A DNA stretch of 64,000 nt, taken from assembly GCA_963749495.1 (NCBI GenBank), contig CAVVMW010000024.1:192001-256000 (forward strand), given 5' to 3'. Source of the DNA: an uncultured bacterium. Lineage in GTDB: Bacteria > Verrucomicrobiota > Verrucomicrobiia > Limisphaerales > UBA8199. Numbering within the stretch: position 1 is the stretch's first letter; each line of letters begins with the position of its first letter. The position numbers and the translations under genes were made by a program. Below the pieces are notes generated by a model. It did no database searches. It had not been told where the DNA came from and saw nothing but the letters and a program-made list of their open reading frames with translations. This document shows positions 8,803-19,440 of this stretch, piece by piece.

Positions 8803-10821
8803 ATGAAGACTACCGCACCGACTCTGGGGTTGATGATGGCTCTGGGCCTTGGCACGCAGGCGGCTCAAACCGAACAGGCAACCCTCGCCATGGTCCAAAA
8901 TGTTTATAGCCTGCAACCCAGCGAGGGCACCGCGATTGCCATTGAGCAGGCGCACGCCCTCCCCATCGCCGCCGGCCCTTTCGAGCCGACCATGGAATCC
9001 CTCACCAACTATCATTGCCCGGATTGGTTCCGGGACGCCAAGTTCGGCATCTGGGCGCATTGGGGCCCGCAGGCGGTCCCGATGTTCGGCGACTGGTACG
9101 CCCGCCAAATGTACCAGCAGGGGCATGCTCAATACCAGGACCACCTCCAGCGCTACGGCCATCCCTCGACCAACGGCTACAAGGACATCATCCCGCTCTG
9201 GAAAGCCGAGAAATGGGACCCGGACCGGCTCATGGCCCTCTACAAGCGCGCCGGCGCCCGCTACTTCGTCAGCATGGGCTCCCACCACGACAACTTCTTC
9301 CTCTGGAACTCGAAACTCCACCGCTGGAATGCCCTCAACATGGGACCCAAACGCGACGTCGTCGGCGAGTGGCAGAGGGCCGCCACCAAATACGGGCTGC
9401 GCTTCGGCGTCTCCGAGCACTTGGGCGCCAGCTTCACCTGGTTCCAGGACAGCCACAAATCCGACGCCAAAGGCCCGATGGCCGGTGTGCCTTACGACGG
9501 CGCCGACCCCCAATACCAGGACCTCTACCATTTCCCCGCCGAGCCCGGCGACGGTGGTTGGTACAGCACCAATCCCCGCTGGCAGCACCAGTGGTTCGAG
9601 GAGATCAAGGAACTGGTCGACGGCTACCACCCCGATCTGCTCTACACCGACGGCGGCGTGCCGTTTGGCAACGAAGTCGGCCGCAGCCTCATCGCCCATC
9701 TCTACAACTCCGACGCCGCCCGCCATGGCGGCAAGCCCCAGGTCATTTACACGTGCAAACAGAAGTCCGAAGGCCGCTGGGTCGAAGACCTCGAACGCGG
9801 CGTCATGGCCGGCGTCAACCCCAACCCGTGGCAGACCGATACCTCGATCGGCGACTGGTTCTATAACCGCACCTGGAAGTTCCGCCCGCTCGGTTGGACC
9901 GTTCACATGCTGGTGGACATCGTCAGCAAGAACGGCAACTTGCTCCTCAACGTCGTGCAGCGCCCGGACGGCTCGCTGGACGCGGAGGTCGAGCAGATGC
10001 TCAACCAGTTGGCCGATTGGATGGCCGTGCACGGCGAGGGCCTCTACGCGACCCGCCCCTGGCAGGTCTATGGCGAAGGCCCCATCCGCGCCAAGGGCGG
10101 CCACTTCGGCGAGGACTTTGCCTACACCGCCCGCGACATCCGCTTCACGACCAAGGGCAAGACCCTCTATGCCTTCGCCTTGGGCTGGCCTCAGGATGGC
10201 CAACTGGTCATCAAGGCCCTGGCCAAACCCGCCGATGGCAGTGCCAACAGGCTCTCGCGCATCGAACTGCTCGGGCACAGGGGCAGACTCCAATTCACCC
10301 AGACCACCAACGCCCTGGTCGTGAGCTTGCCTGCCCAGAAGACCAGCGACATCGCCTGCGGCCTCAGGATTAGCGGCGCCGACCTCAAGCCCGTCCTGGC
10401 TCCCGAAACGGCCGCGCTCATCCAGCCCGAGTCCAACGGCGGCTTCATCCTGCGCGCCGACTCCGCCGAACTCCACGGCAACCTCCAGCAGGAGGCCCAG
10501 GGCGGCCAACCCAACATCGGTTTCTGGGACCAGCCCGCCGATTGGGTTTCCTGGAAGGTCCAGGTGCCCCAACCCGGCCGCTTCAGCATCAGCGGTTCCT
10601 TCGCCACGGTCCATGAAGGCGCGCAGGTCGCCGTTGTCGTCGGCAAAGAGTCGCTCGCCGCAAAGGTCCCGCAGACGGAGACCTGGAGCCAGTTCCGCCC
10701 CGTTGAGTTCGGCCAGGTCGCTCTCAAACAGCCCGGCCCTGTCGTGGTGTGCGTGCGCGCTGCCGACGCCGCCGCGTGGAAGGCCGTCAACCTCCGGGAG
10801 ATCCGATTGGTCCGCGAGTAA
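8803..10821 (+). CDS. Alpha-L-fucosidase (GH29) with C-terminal carbohydrate-binding-like domain
   Basis: PDWFRDAKFGIWAHWG, HHDNF, LLYTDGG, DIVSKNGNLLLNV; signal peptide. Confidence 0.9.
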   Translation: MKTTAPTLGLMMALGLGTQAAQTEQATLAMVQNVYSLQPSEGTAIAIEQAHALPIAAGPFEPTMESLTNYHCPDWFRDAKFGIWAHWGPQAVPMFGDWYARQMYQQGHAQYQDHLQRYGHPSTNGYKDIIPLWKAEKWDPDRLMALYKRAGARYFVSMGSHHDNFFLWNSKLHRWNALNMGPKRDVVGEWQRAATKYGLRFGVSEHLGASFTWFQDSHKSDAKGPMAGVPYDGADPQYQDLYHFPAEPGDGGWYSTNPRWQHQWFEEIKELVDGYHPDLLYTDGGVPFGNEVGRSLIAHLYNSDAARHGGKPQVIYTCKQKSEGRWVEDLERGVMAGVNPNPWQTDTSIGDWFYNRTWKFRPLGWTVHMLVDIVSKNGNLLLNVVQRPDGSLDAEVEQMLNQLADWMAVHGEGLYATRPWQVYGEGPIRAKGGHFGEDFAYTARDIRFTTKGKTLYAFALGWPQDGQLVIKALAKPADGSANRLSRIELLGHRGRLQFTQTTNALVVSLPAQKTSDIACGLRISGADLKPVLAPETAALIQPESNGGFILRADSAELHGNLQQEAQGGQPNIGFWDQPADWVSWKVQVPQPGRFSISGSFATVHEGAQVAVVVGKESLAAKVPQTETWSQFRPVEFGQVALKQPGPVVVCVRAADAAAWKAVNLREIRLVRE

Positions 10822-10852
10822 TGCCTGAGAGCGGGGGCGACACGGCGGGCAG

Positions 10853-11000
10853 ACCCCTCACCCCGGCCCTCTCCCCTTCCGAAGGGGAGAGGGAGGATTC
10901 TCGGAAGCGGCTCGAGAAGGCGGAGACGCCTGGAATTCCCAGAGACTGCCGAGGCTTCCCCCTCTCCCCTTCGGAAGGGGAGAGGGCTGGGGTGAGGGGT
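10853..11000. repeat. Palindromic REP-like element (CCCCTCACCCCGGCCCTCTCCCC...GGGGAGAGGG family)
   Basis: Inverted arms; relatives at 17815-17832, 20236-20276, 28660-28681, 44581-44601, 44841-44883. Confidence 0.9.
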
Positions 11001-11049
11001 TCGCCGGGGACTCCGTTTCCTCCTTCACCGATTACGTCCTCCAGGCGGA

Positions 11050-11145
11050 CTAGATGCTTTTGCGCCAGTAACCAGGTCGCCGTTTCGATCGAGTTGCCTC
11101 GGCGTATTCCTCCGCCGCCTCGGGATGAAAGACGTGCGGCTTCAC
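11050..11145 (-). pseudogene. Internally deleted RelE/ParE-type toxin remnant (31 aa)
   Basis: MKPHVFHPEAAEEYAEA joined to KRRPGYWRKSI*; start overlaps antitoxin stop (GTGA). Confidence 0.7.
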
Positions 11146-11384
11146 CGCCCGATGATTTTACGGATTCGGGCGGAAACTACCTCGGCGGGGACACCTTGCA
11201 CCTTGCCGGTTTGGATTTCCTCGATACGCCGGTGGACCTCAGTTCTCCAGGCGGACTCGATCTCCGGGTCGCTGGTGTGCAGGTCTTCGGTCAGACGGCC
11301 CACCAACTCCCCGACCTTTTCCGGGGGCCAGTGGCGGGCTTCCTCAACGATTTGTTCCAGTGTTATCGGCACGGTGTTTATCAT
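11142..11384 (-). CDS. Putative addiction-module antitoxin (80 aa)
   Basis: IESAWRTEVHRRIEEIQTGKVQGVPAEVV matches the addiction-module component pattern. Confidence 0.8.
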   Translation of the reverse strand: MINTVPITLEQIVEEARHWPPEKVGELVGRLTEDLHTSDPEIESAWRTEVHRRIEEIQTGKVQGVPAEVVSARIRKIIGR

Positions 11385-11507
11385 ACGACGTTCCAGTTTT
11401 GGGTTCAACCGGCGAAACGGCAGTCTCAACTCGACGGGCTTCGCTCCCTCGCCCCCCGGGGCCATTGACAGAGTGGCCCGGCGCGCCTGGGCGCCTGGGG
11501 CGCCAGC

Positions 11508-11642
11508 GTAGCGCAGGTTTCCAAACCTGCTGTATCGCGGGTTTCCAAACCCGCAGGCCGTCCCTAAACCGGGGGCGCTCGATATGCCGACGCCCTGCCG
11601 ATTGGAAATCGGCGATACAGCAGGTTTGGAAACCTGCGCTAC
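11508..11642. repeat. GTAG...CTAC palindromic REP-like element (GTAGCGCAGGTTTCCAAACCTGC)
   Basis: Inverted termini; copies at 37984-38119 and 48878-48994. Confidence 0.9.
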
Positions 11643-11744
11643 AACTTTGTCAACGGCCCTCCCTCGCCCCTCGTCCCTCGACACTCTGCCCTCGACACTC
11701 GGCACTGGTGTCCGGTACTCTTTGGCCGACATCCGAGCGAGCCT

Positions 11745-12299
11745 ATGCCCAGCAAACATCGTCCCTGGCAAGTCCTGGAGACGCGCGAGGTCTATTCCGC
11801 GCCGCCGCGCATCCGCGTGAGCGTCGAGCGTGTCCGGTTGCCCGATGGCCGGGTGGTCGAGGATTTCCACCAAATCGAGTCCTTCGACTATGCCCTGGTC
11901 GTGGCCCGGCTGGAGGACGGGCGCATCCTCCTGGTGCGCCAGTACAAGCACGGCGCCCGCTCGGTGGGCCTCTACGTTCCGGGCGGATACATCGCTCCCG
12001 GAGAAGAGCCCCTGGTCGCCGCGCAACGGGAATTGCTCGAAGAAACCGGCTGCACCTCCGAGGAGTGGCGCAGCCTGGGCAAGTACGTCTGCAACGCAAA
12101 CCAGGGCTGCGGCCACGCCCACTTCTTTGCGGCCGAGCGCGTCCAGCCCGTCACCGCTCCCCAGTCCGGCGACCTCGAGGAGATGGAGTTGGTCCAGTTG
12201 ACGACACAGGAGACCCTCGCCGCCATCGCTCGGGGCGAAGTCCACTCCCTGGGCGCCGTCACCGCCCTGGCCCTGGCCCTGAACCCGCTCCTGGCGTGA
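11745..12299 (+). CDS. NUDIX hydrolase (ADP-ribose pyrophosphatase-like)
   Basis: Nudix box GGYIAPGEEPLVAAQRELLEETG. Confidence 0.9.
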   Translation: MPSKHRPWQVLETREVYSAPPRIRVSVERVRLPDGRVVEDFHQIESFDYALVVARLEDGRILLVRQYKHGARSVGLYVPGGYIAPGEEPLVAAQRELLEETGCTSEEWRSLGKYVCNANQGCGHAHFFAAERVQPVTAPQSGDLEEMELVQLTTQETLAAIARGEVHSLGAVTALALALNPLLA

Positions 12300-12310
12300 T
12301 GCGGGCAGCA

Positions 12311-12584
12311 CCGGGTGCGATTAAAACTGTCGGTCAGCCCACGGCGCCTTTTTGCCCCGAAGGGGCTTCCGACAATAGCCCGGCGTTTCAACGCCGGGTG
12401 AGCGGACCCAAGGAATTGGTCCGTCCCGAAGGGACGGCTGAAAGCAACCAGTATTCTCAGTCGTCCCTTCGGGACGAGGCTCCCTTTTGTGGCCTCCCCG
12501 GCGTTGAAACGCCGGGCTATTGTCAGATGTCCCTCCGGGACAGAATTCCCGAGGCCGCTGCCCGACGCTTTTAATCGCACCCGG
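12311..12584. mobile_element. MITE/REPIN-like palindromic element with perfect 16-bp terminal inverted repeats
   Basis: CCGGGTGCGATTAAAA at 12311-12326 and TTTTAATCGCACCCGG at 12569-12584; internal nested palindromes. Confidence 0.75.
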
Positions 12585-12630
12585 CAGCGCCGCCCCTTGC
12601 CAGGGCATCCCTCCCGGGCTATGTAATTGG

Positions 12631-13350
12631 ATGATTGAAGCGCGAAAACTTGGCGGCGAGGCAGAGCGAAATCCGGCGGCGGCAGCCGCGCGAAGCAGCC
12701 CGGGCAGGCCGGGGCCCAGGCCCTTGCTCTGGACCGGGCTTGGGCTCGGCCTGGTGCTTCTCATGGGCGCGCTCCTCTCCGCGGCCCTGCAAGCCCAAAG
12801 CGCCGCCCGCACGCGCCTGCCCGTCTATGGTTCCGTCGCCGATTTCACCCTGACCAACCAGGACGGCGCCCCGGTCTCGCTGGCGGACCTGCGCGGGCAC
12901 GTCTGGGTGGCCAACGTCATCTTCACCCGCTGTCCCGGACCGTGCCTGAAGATGACCCGCCAAATGAAGGAACTCCAGCAAGCCCTGGCCCAGGACAGCC
13001 AGGCCCGCCTCGTCTCATTGACCACCGACCCTGATTTCGACAAGCCCGCTGTTTTGAAGAGCTACGCCGAGCGGTTCGGCGCTGATCCACAGCGATGGAT
13101 GTTCCTGACCGGCCTCAAGAAACAGGTCGCCAGTCTGGCGACGCAGTCCCTCAAGCTCACCGCCATCGAAAAGACCCCCGGAGAACGCCAGTCCCCCAAT
13201 GACCTCTTCGTTCACAGCACCCTCCTGGTGCTCGTGGACCGCCAGTCGAGGTTGCGCGCCATCTTCGAGACGAGCGGCGACGACATTGATCCCGACCACG
13301 TGAAAAAGCACGTGGTCGAGGCCGTCAGGCAAGTGGAGCGCGAGCGATGA
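12631..13350 (+). CDS. SCO1/SenC family copper chaperone
   Basis: FTLTNQDG, FTRCPGPC, DPDFD, HS motif; N-terminal TM helix. Confidence 0.9.
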   Translation: MIEARKLGGEAERNPAAAAARSSPGRPGPRPLLWTGLGLGLVLLMGALLSAALQAQSAARTRLPVYGSVADFTLTNQDGAPVSLADLRGHVWVANVIFTRCPGPCLKMTRQMKELQQALAQDSQARLVSLTTDPDFDKPAVLKSYAERFGADPQRWMFLTGLKKQVASLATQSLKLTAIEKTPGERQSPNDLFVHSTLLVLVDRQSRLRAIFETSGDDIDPDHVKKHVVEAVRQVERER

Positions 13351-13790
13351 GCCTGGCCGACCTGCCCGTCGTCAACGCTTCTCTCAACGGCCTGAGCGCC
13401 GTCCTCCTGGGGAGCGGCTACTACTTCATCCGGCGCAAGCGCCAACTCGCCCACCGCAACTGCATGATTGCGGCCTTCGTCACCTCGACCCTGTTCCTGG
13501 CTTGCTATTTGACGTACCACTTTTACCTGGCCTGGCACTTGCACCGGGGTCCCACCCTCTTCAGGAATCCCGCATGGTTCCGCCCCATTTACCTGGCCAT
13601 TCTCCTGAGCCACACCCTCCTGGCCATCCTCATCGTGCCCCTGGCGCTCGTCACTCTTGCCCGTGCCTTGCGCCGCCGTTTCGACCTCCACCGCAAAATC
13701 GCCCGTTGGACCTGGCCCCTCTGGATGTACGTCTCCGTCACCGGCGTCCTCATTTATCTGCTGCTCTACCAGATCTTTCCTCAGCGGTGA
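13347..13790 (+). CDS. DUF420 family membrane protein (cytochrome oxidase associated)
   Basis: HRNCMIAAF, HRKIARWTWPLWMYVSVTG; overlaps SCO stop. Confidence 0.9.
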   Translation: MSLADLPVVNASLNGLSAVLLGSGYYFIRRKRQLAHRNCMIAAFVTSTLFLACYLTYHFYLAWHLHRGPTLFRNPAWFRPIYLAILLSHTLLAILIVPLALVTLARALRRRFDLHRKIARWTWPLWMYVSVTGVLIYLLLYQIFPQR

Positions 13791-14120
13791 GACCTCAGTC
13801 TTCCTTCGGAGTCCACCGTGATTTCTCTGGCCCCGGCGGGGACCGGCGTGGTGGTCGTTTTGCCCCCGGGCCAGCGCACGCAGAGCGCCTCGGGTTTGGC
13901 CGGGGTGGCCATGACTTGCGTGAGGCTGTCTTGGGACCAGTAACCCGAGCCGGCGTGGATTTCGCGCGCCGGGCCTTGGCGGCCCTGGTTTTGTAAATCC
14001 GGCTGCGCTGGATACCATCGATGACGCTGCGGGCGCCGTTGCGCCAGCGCCCGCAGAAGATTGAGGCCGGGCTGAATGAAGCCCGGCCTCGTGAACTCGA
14101 TCTAAAGCCCAGTGGGTGTG

Positions 14121-17100
14121 TTAAAAGCCAACGAGACCCAAGCGATAGAACTTCTCGGGTGTGGCGGGACTCGGAGTGACGGTTATGGAGCCGGTGATTG
14201 GACCCTCGTCCACCCACTCGCTGCTAGCCAGGTCGGTGGTGGAATAGAGTTCGGCCGGCACCGACGAGGTGATGGTGATGGTTCCCGGCGTCGTCCCGTG
14301 AGCCAGCGTGATGGCTGGCGCCGCGATGCTGCCGTCGACGCCCAGGAACTGGACTTCGGCGACTTGGAGGCTGTTGGCGGCAGTGTCGTTCCGGGTGTGG
14401 TTGAAGGTGAGGCGGTAGATCGGGTAGGGCGTAGTGTTGACGAAGAAGATCTCCTCTTCGGCCATAGTGATCGGATCAAGGAACACCGATGCAGCGTTGC
14501 GATCCAGCGGGAGATTCAATGCCCCCGAGGCAATGTGGTGGAAGGTGGTGCCGTCAAGTGAACCTTCCAGCGTATAGTCGGCCGGATCGCGCTCGGGATT
14601 GGCATCGGCGGTGAAGATGCGCAAGCCAACGACCAGCGTGGGCCGGAGCGCGCCGCTCAGATTCAAGCTCTCGTTGGTGAGAACCACGCCGACCGGTCCC
14701 TGGAACGGCGGGAAGCCGGCCGAAGTGCTGAAGCCGCTGCCGCCATTCTGCCATTTGACGGCTGTGCCATCGATCAGATTGAGCCCCGCATCGGCCGGAT
14801 AGAGCGGGCCGCCGGCTTGGGCCACCGCCTCATCCCCAAAGGTCAGGATTGGGTCGGTGGGGAAGTCCACGTTGGTCAGCAAACTGACGATGCTCAAGGT
14901 CGCCACCGCGCTGGTCGTGTAACCGAAGGCGTTGTTGGCGATGCAAACGTAGTCCATCGTGTCGGCGTAGCTGGCCGGGTTAATGCCCAAAGAGCCCGTT
15001 TTGGACCCTGAAATGTTGCCGGCATCGGAGAGCAACGCATACACCCCGTTGGCGCCCTTGGCCCACGAGTAAGAGGGCGAACCGCTGGCCGAAGCGGTGA
15101 ACGAAGCCGAACTGCGGTTGTAGGCCTTGATCGACTGCGGCTGCTGACTGAAGACCGGGGCGGGCGATGAATTGAGGATGCCCAGGAACTGAACTTCGGC
15201 CATCTGGACGCTGTTGGCCGCGGCGTTGTTCCTCACCAGCGTGAAGGAGAGCCGATAGGACGTGTAGCCAACGGTATTATGGAAGTCCACCTCCCCGAAG
15301 GCATCCACCGTGAGATCAATCGCATTGGCCGTGCTGTCCGTGTTGCGCGTGGTCGGCAGCGAAATCAGGTTGGACGTGATGAGCGACCAATGCCCGCCGC
15401 TGTCGTTCGAGCCTTCCAGGATGAAGTTCGCCGGGTCGCGCTCGGGCGCGTCATTGGCCGTGAAGATGCGGATGCCGGAGATGATCACGCTGCCCACCTG
15501 CGGAGTCCAGATAAGGCCGCACGGCCCCAGGAACGGCGCGCCATCGTTCAAGCCGAAGTTGAGGTACTTCTGAGTCGTCCCATCAATGGCGGATTGGGCG
15601 TATTCCGGCGACGCATTGGGAAAGCCCGCGTAAGCGACGATTTGGTCGCTCGGTTGGGCCATATTGGCCAGGACCGAGTAAACACTGAGCGAGGCGGGCT
15701 GGCAGTTCACACTGCCGCCGGCATTGGTGATGACCGCTCGGAAGTTGACGCCGGAGCTGTCGGTGGTGACGGCGGTCAAGGACAGGGTGGGCGTCGAGGA
15801 ACCGGAGACGCCCCCGCCATCGGTCAGGTTGGTGAAAACCCCGGTGGCGCCCGCCGCCTGCCATTGATACGTGAAGGGGCCGGTGCCCGCCACACCGACA
15901 GTAAAGGACACACTTGTCCCGGCGGACACTGTCACGCTGGCGGGTTGGTTGGTGATGATGGGCGCCACGGTGCCGGCCGTGCCGCTCACGGCCAGGACAA
16001 CGAAGCGCGAAGTGGCGGCAGAACCGTTGTTGGTCGTCCAGAGCACGGTTGCCCCCGTCACCGGGCTGGTGGTGTCGGTCAGCGTGAATTGCGCCTCGTA
16101 CAGGTTTGGGTTGCCGCTGTTGAGGCTGTTAATGACGCCCGTGTCCAGATCAATGCGGCCGTTGGCCGTATAAGCGGCCGGCACGCCGCCGAACCAATCC
16201 TTCGAGTTGAAGTAATTGGTCTCCATCGTGCCATCCTGGTGACTCGCGACCACGCCGACGGTGATGGCGCCGTTGCCATCGGAACTGAGGAATGACAACG
16301 CCGAGAAGGCCGTTGGATTGGCAAAGGTAATCTGAGCGGACGGGCTGTTCGCGTCGGCATAGATGGCGTTGGGGGCGGTGTAACTGGGGGCCAACTGGTA
16401 GCTATGGTCCGGCAGGTTGGTGCTGGTCAGAATCGAGCCCGCCGGCGGCAAGCCCGTTAACGGATAGGCCGCGACGTACCCTTGCTCGTACCACGTGTTG
16501 CCCGTGTTGGCGGTCCCGGCATCCATCGTGGCGGTCGTGAACTGCGTGAGCGGGGCCGAAGACAAAGTCCCGGTGTCGGAGACCGGTCCGGCGCTCGCCT
16601 CGACCACGATGTCCGCATTATATCCGGTCACGGTGATGGGCTTGAAGTTGCCGCCGCCAGGGGCCTGGCCGCTCACGGCCATAATGCACGTGTGCGCCCC
16701 GGCGGCACTGCTGACGTACTGCAAGTCTATTTGAGTGACGTCACTCGCAGTGTTCGTCAGGGTGACATCTTTCCCGTAGAGGCGCGGGTTTTGGCTATTG
16801 TAGTTGTCCAGCGTGAACGTTTGCGCGTTGGCCCGCACGTTGGCGATGAAGGCCTGATTCGCGCCGTTGAACCAGTCCGCCGAGGGTTGCGTGCCGGTTT
16901 CGGTGGTGCCGTCCGCATGGTGCGCCGTCCAGCGGAATGTGCAGCCGCCGTTGCCGCCGCTGGTCAGGAAGGTCAATTGCGCGTAGGGGGCGGGGCTGGC
17001 GAGGGTGAAGGTGTAAAGCCCGCTGAAACTGCTGGCATCGAGCATGATCGCGTTATTCGCCTTCCAGCTCGGGGCAAAGGTGTATTGGTGGTCTGCGAAG

Positions 17101-17411
17101 GTCAAGTCCGTGATCGTGGTGCCTGCCGGAGGCAGCCCGACGGTGGCGTCGCTGGCAAAGAGGCCCATCTCGCACCACGTGTCGCCGCTATTCCCTGTGC
17201 CGTTGTCCATCGAAGCGGTGGTGTAAGCCCCCGGGACCAGGGGCGGTGTGGCGGTTTTTTCCACCACCACGTCGGCATTGTAGCTGCCGGAAGTCAGGGC
17301 AATCGGGCTGTAAGCCGCCCGGGCAACGCCCCCAGTCGTGAGGGCGAGAATGATGGGAATGAGTCGTGCTCTCATATTCAGGAACTGAGTTGAGTGAGTG
17401 TTTGGTTTCAT
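14121..17411 (-). CDS. Large secreted/surface protein: two unknown N-terminal repeats, two Ig + discoidin-like units, C-terminal sorting-type tail (alternative start 17375)
   Basis: Signal peptide; duplicated YNAD[VI]VVE...GLPPAG; Ig motifs PIITNQPAS/PVFSQQPQS; duplicated IFTA.D/A.PERDPA..LEGS; tail STTDLASSEW...KFYRL. Confidence 0.75.
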   Translation of the reverse strand: MKPNTHSTQFLNMRARLIPIILALTTGGVARAAYSPIALTSGSYNADVVVEKTATPPLVPGAYTTASMDNGTGNSGDTWCEMGLFASDATVGLPPAGTTITDLTFADHQYTFAPSWKANNAIMLDASSFSGLYTFTLASPAPYAQLTFLTSGGNGGCTFRWTAHHADGTTETGTQPSADWFNGANQAFIANVRANAQTFTLDNYNSQNPRLYGKDVTLTNTASDVTQIDLQYVSSAAGAHTCIMAVSGQAPGGGNFKPITVTGYNADIVVEASAGPVSDTGTLSSAPLTQFTTATMDAGTANTGNTWYEQGYVAAYPLTGLPPAGSILTSTNLPDHSYQLAPSYTAPNAIYADANSPSAQITFANPTAFSALSFLSSDGNGAITVGVVASHQDGTMETNYFNSKDWFGGVPAAYTANGRIDLDTGVINSLNSGNPNLYEAQFTLTDTTSPVTGATVLWTTNNGSAATSRFVVLAVSGTAGTVAPIITNQPASVTVSAGTSVSFTVGVAGTGPFTYQWQAAGATGVFTNLTDGGGVSGSSTPTLSLTAVTTDSSGVNFRAVITNAGGSVNCQPASLSVYSVLANMAQPSDQIVAYAGFPNASPEYAQSAIDGTTQKYLNFGLNDGAPFLGPCGLIWTPQVGSVIISGIRIFTANDAPERDPANFILEGSNDSGGHWSLITSNLISLPTTRNTDSTANAIDLTVDAFGEVDFHNTVGYTSYRLSFTLVRNNAAANSVQMAEVQFLGILNSSPAPVFSQQPQSIKAYNRSSASFTASASGSPSYSWAKGANGVYALLSDAGNISGSKTGSLGINPASYADTMDYVCIANNAFGYTTSAVATLSIVSLLTNVDFPTDPILTFGDEAVAQAGGPLYPADAGLNLIDGTAVKWQNGGSGFSTSAGFPPFQGPVGVVLTNESLNLSGALRPTLVVGLRIFTADANPERDPADYTLEGSLDGTTFHHIASGALNLPLDRNAASVFLDPITMAEEEIFFVNTTPYPIYRLTFNHTRNDTAANSLQVAEVQFLGVDGSIAAPAITLAHGTTPGTITITSSVPAELYSTTDLASSEWVDEGPITGSITVTPSPATPEKFYRLGLVGF

Positions 17412-17515
17412 GGGTAGGTCCAGTCTCCGTGCTCGTGCCATTTGTTCTTCAGCAACCAAGCCAAATGAGGACTACCTTCATTGCGTTGCTCCGCGATGCG
17501 CCCGCAGCCCTCGGC

Positions 17516-17832
17516 TCACCGCGTAGCGGTGCCCGATGGTAGCCGTGGACTTCCAGTCCACGGACCCATGGCCCAAGCTCAATCGCGTCGCGTAGCAACG
17601 CCTGAAAACCGCAACGGTGTCAGGCGTCGCTACGCGACGCGTGACCATTCCCACGCCCTGAACCGTGGACCGAGGTCCACGGCTACCTTCACTGCGTCGC
17701 TACGCAACGCGTGACCATTCCCACGCCCTGAACCGTGGACCGAGGTCCACGGCTACCTTCACTGCGTCGCTACGCGACGCGCGATGATTGCCACGCCCCG
17801 GACCGTGGACCGAGAGGACGGGGTGAGGGGTC
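17516..17832. repeat. Palindromic element family GTAGCCGTGGACTTCCAGTCCACGG with a 70-bp tandem duplication (17641-17710/17711-17780)
   Basis: Copies at 22822-23035, 28725-29110 (tandem) and 44630-44822 (inverted). Confidence 0.9.
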
Positions 17833-17973
17833 GGCCCGGGGACTCTGTCTCCGCCTTCACTGACCGGTTCCGACAAAATGAAAGGGCGGGGGGGGTGACG
17901 GGGCGAGAAGGGTCGCACTGCCCGCCGCTGAGCGCTTGCCCCGGCGCTGGATGACACTAGACTGCCCCTGAGA

Positions 17974-19213
17974 ATGAGCGCGCTGACGAGCCGCCAGAGG
18001 GTGAGGATGGCCCTCAACCATGAGGAACCGGACCGGGTGCCGGTGGACCTGGGCGCCAGCCGGGTCACCGGCATCAGCGCCATCGCCTATCGGAAGTTGC
18101 TGCGTCACCTGGGGCTTCACGAGGAGGTGCGGGTCTATGACATCAAGCAGCAGTTGGCCGACCCGTCACTGAGCGTTCTGGATCGGCTTGGGGCGGACGT
18201 GGTCAGCCTGCACCGGCTGGCGCCGACCACCGGGATGGCGTTCCTGGCCCTGGACCGCTGGAAACCCGGCCGGCTCACGGACGGTTCGCCCTGCCTGGTG
18301 CCCGAGGCCTGCGACGAAATCGTGGCGAGCGACGGCCAGTTCCAAATCCGCTGGCAGGGTGAAACTTATGCCCGGCGCGCCCCCGAGTCCCTCTACTACG
18401 ACGTCTGCTGGGCGCCTCTGGCGAACGCGCGAACCACTGCTGACATTGACCGCTTCGCCTGGCCCGACCCGTGGACCGACCGTGAAGAGCAGTACGTGCG
18501 GCAGCGCATCAACGAGATCTACCACCAGACGGACAAGGCGCTCTTCGCCGGCCTGTCGAACCTCCTCGGCTCCTTCTTTGAGATCAGCCTGGTCCTGTTC
18601 GGCTTCGAGAACTTCATGGTGAAACTGGCCTGCGAGCGCGACCTGGTCGAGTACCTGGCTGGAGGCCAAGCTGGCGCACGACCTGGCCATCCTCGACCGT
18701 TTCCTCTCGATTGCCGGGCCGTATATCGAGGCCATCCAGATGAACGACGATTTCGGCTCGCAGACCGCCTTGCAAATCTCCCCGCGGCTCTACCGCGAGG
18801 TCTTCAAGCCCAGGCAGCGCCGCTGGATCCAGTTCGTCAAGGCCCGCACCCCCGCCAGGGTCTTCATCCACTGCGACGGCGCCATCGAGGAGATCCTGCC
18901 CGATTTCATCGAGCTCGGCATCGAAGTGCTCAACCCGCTCCAGACCTCCGCCAAAGGCATGGACCCGGGCCGAATCAAGCGCCGGTTCGGCCGCAACCTC
19001 GCCTTCTGGGGCGGGGGCGTCGAGACGCAAACCACCCTGCCGTTCGGCTCCGTCGAGGACGTGCGCCGCGAGGTGCTCGAGCGCCTCAAGCTCCTGGGCC
19101 CCGGCGGCGGCTACGTCTTTGCCGCCATCCACAACATCCAGGCTGACATCCCGCCTGAGAAGGTCCTGGCCGTTTTCGACACCGCCGCACAATGCGGGGC
19201 GCGGGGAGCGTGA
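17974..19213 (+). CDS. Uroporphyrinogen decarboxylase/MtaA-CmuA-like family protein, frameshift near 18655
   Basis: LNHEEPDRVPVDLG N-terminus; DDFGSQ, FIHCDGAI, LNPLQTSA, GGGYVFAAIHNIQ in second frame. Confidence 0.85.
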
Positions 19214-19259
19214 GGAAGGGACCAAAGGGACGTGAAAAACGAGGAAAAAGGCAGGGAAA

Positions 19260-19344
19260 TGAAAGGCAGAAAAATGGGGGCAGAAAGATGGAGATGGAGA
19301 GAGATGGATTGTCTTCATTTTTCTGCCCCCATCTTTCTGCCTTC
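19260..19344. repeat. Palindrome GGCAGAAAAATGGGGGCAGAAAGAT / ATTTTTCTGCCCCCATCTTTCTGCC
   Basis: Visible inverted arms. Confidence 0.75.
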
Positions 19345-19440
19345 AAAAGAACGATGGAAGATGCAGGGAATATAAGAGGGATGAGAGGCCATGGTTTTCG
19401 TTTTACATTCAGCGGGTTCTGACTTTGAATTTCCGGTGTC

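Noticed and set aside
13787..14110. Small gene downstream of DUF420
   Set aside because: No frame gives a recognisable or convincingly coding product
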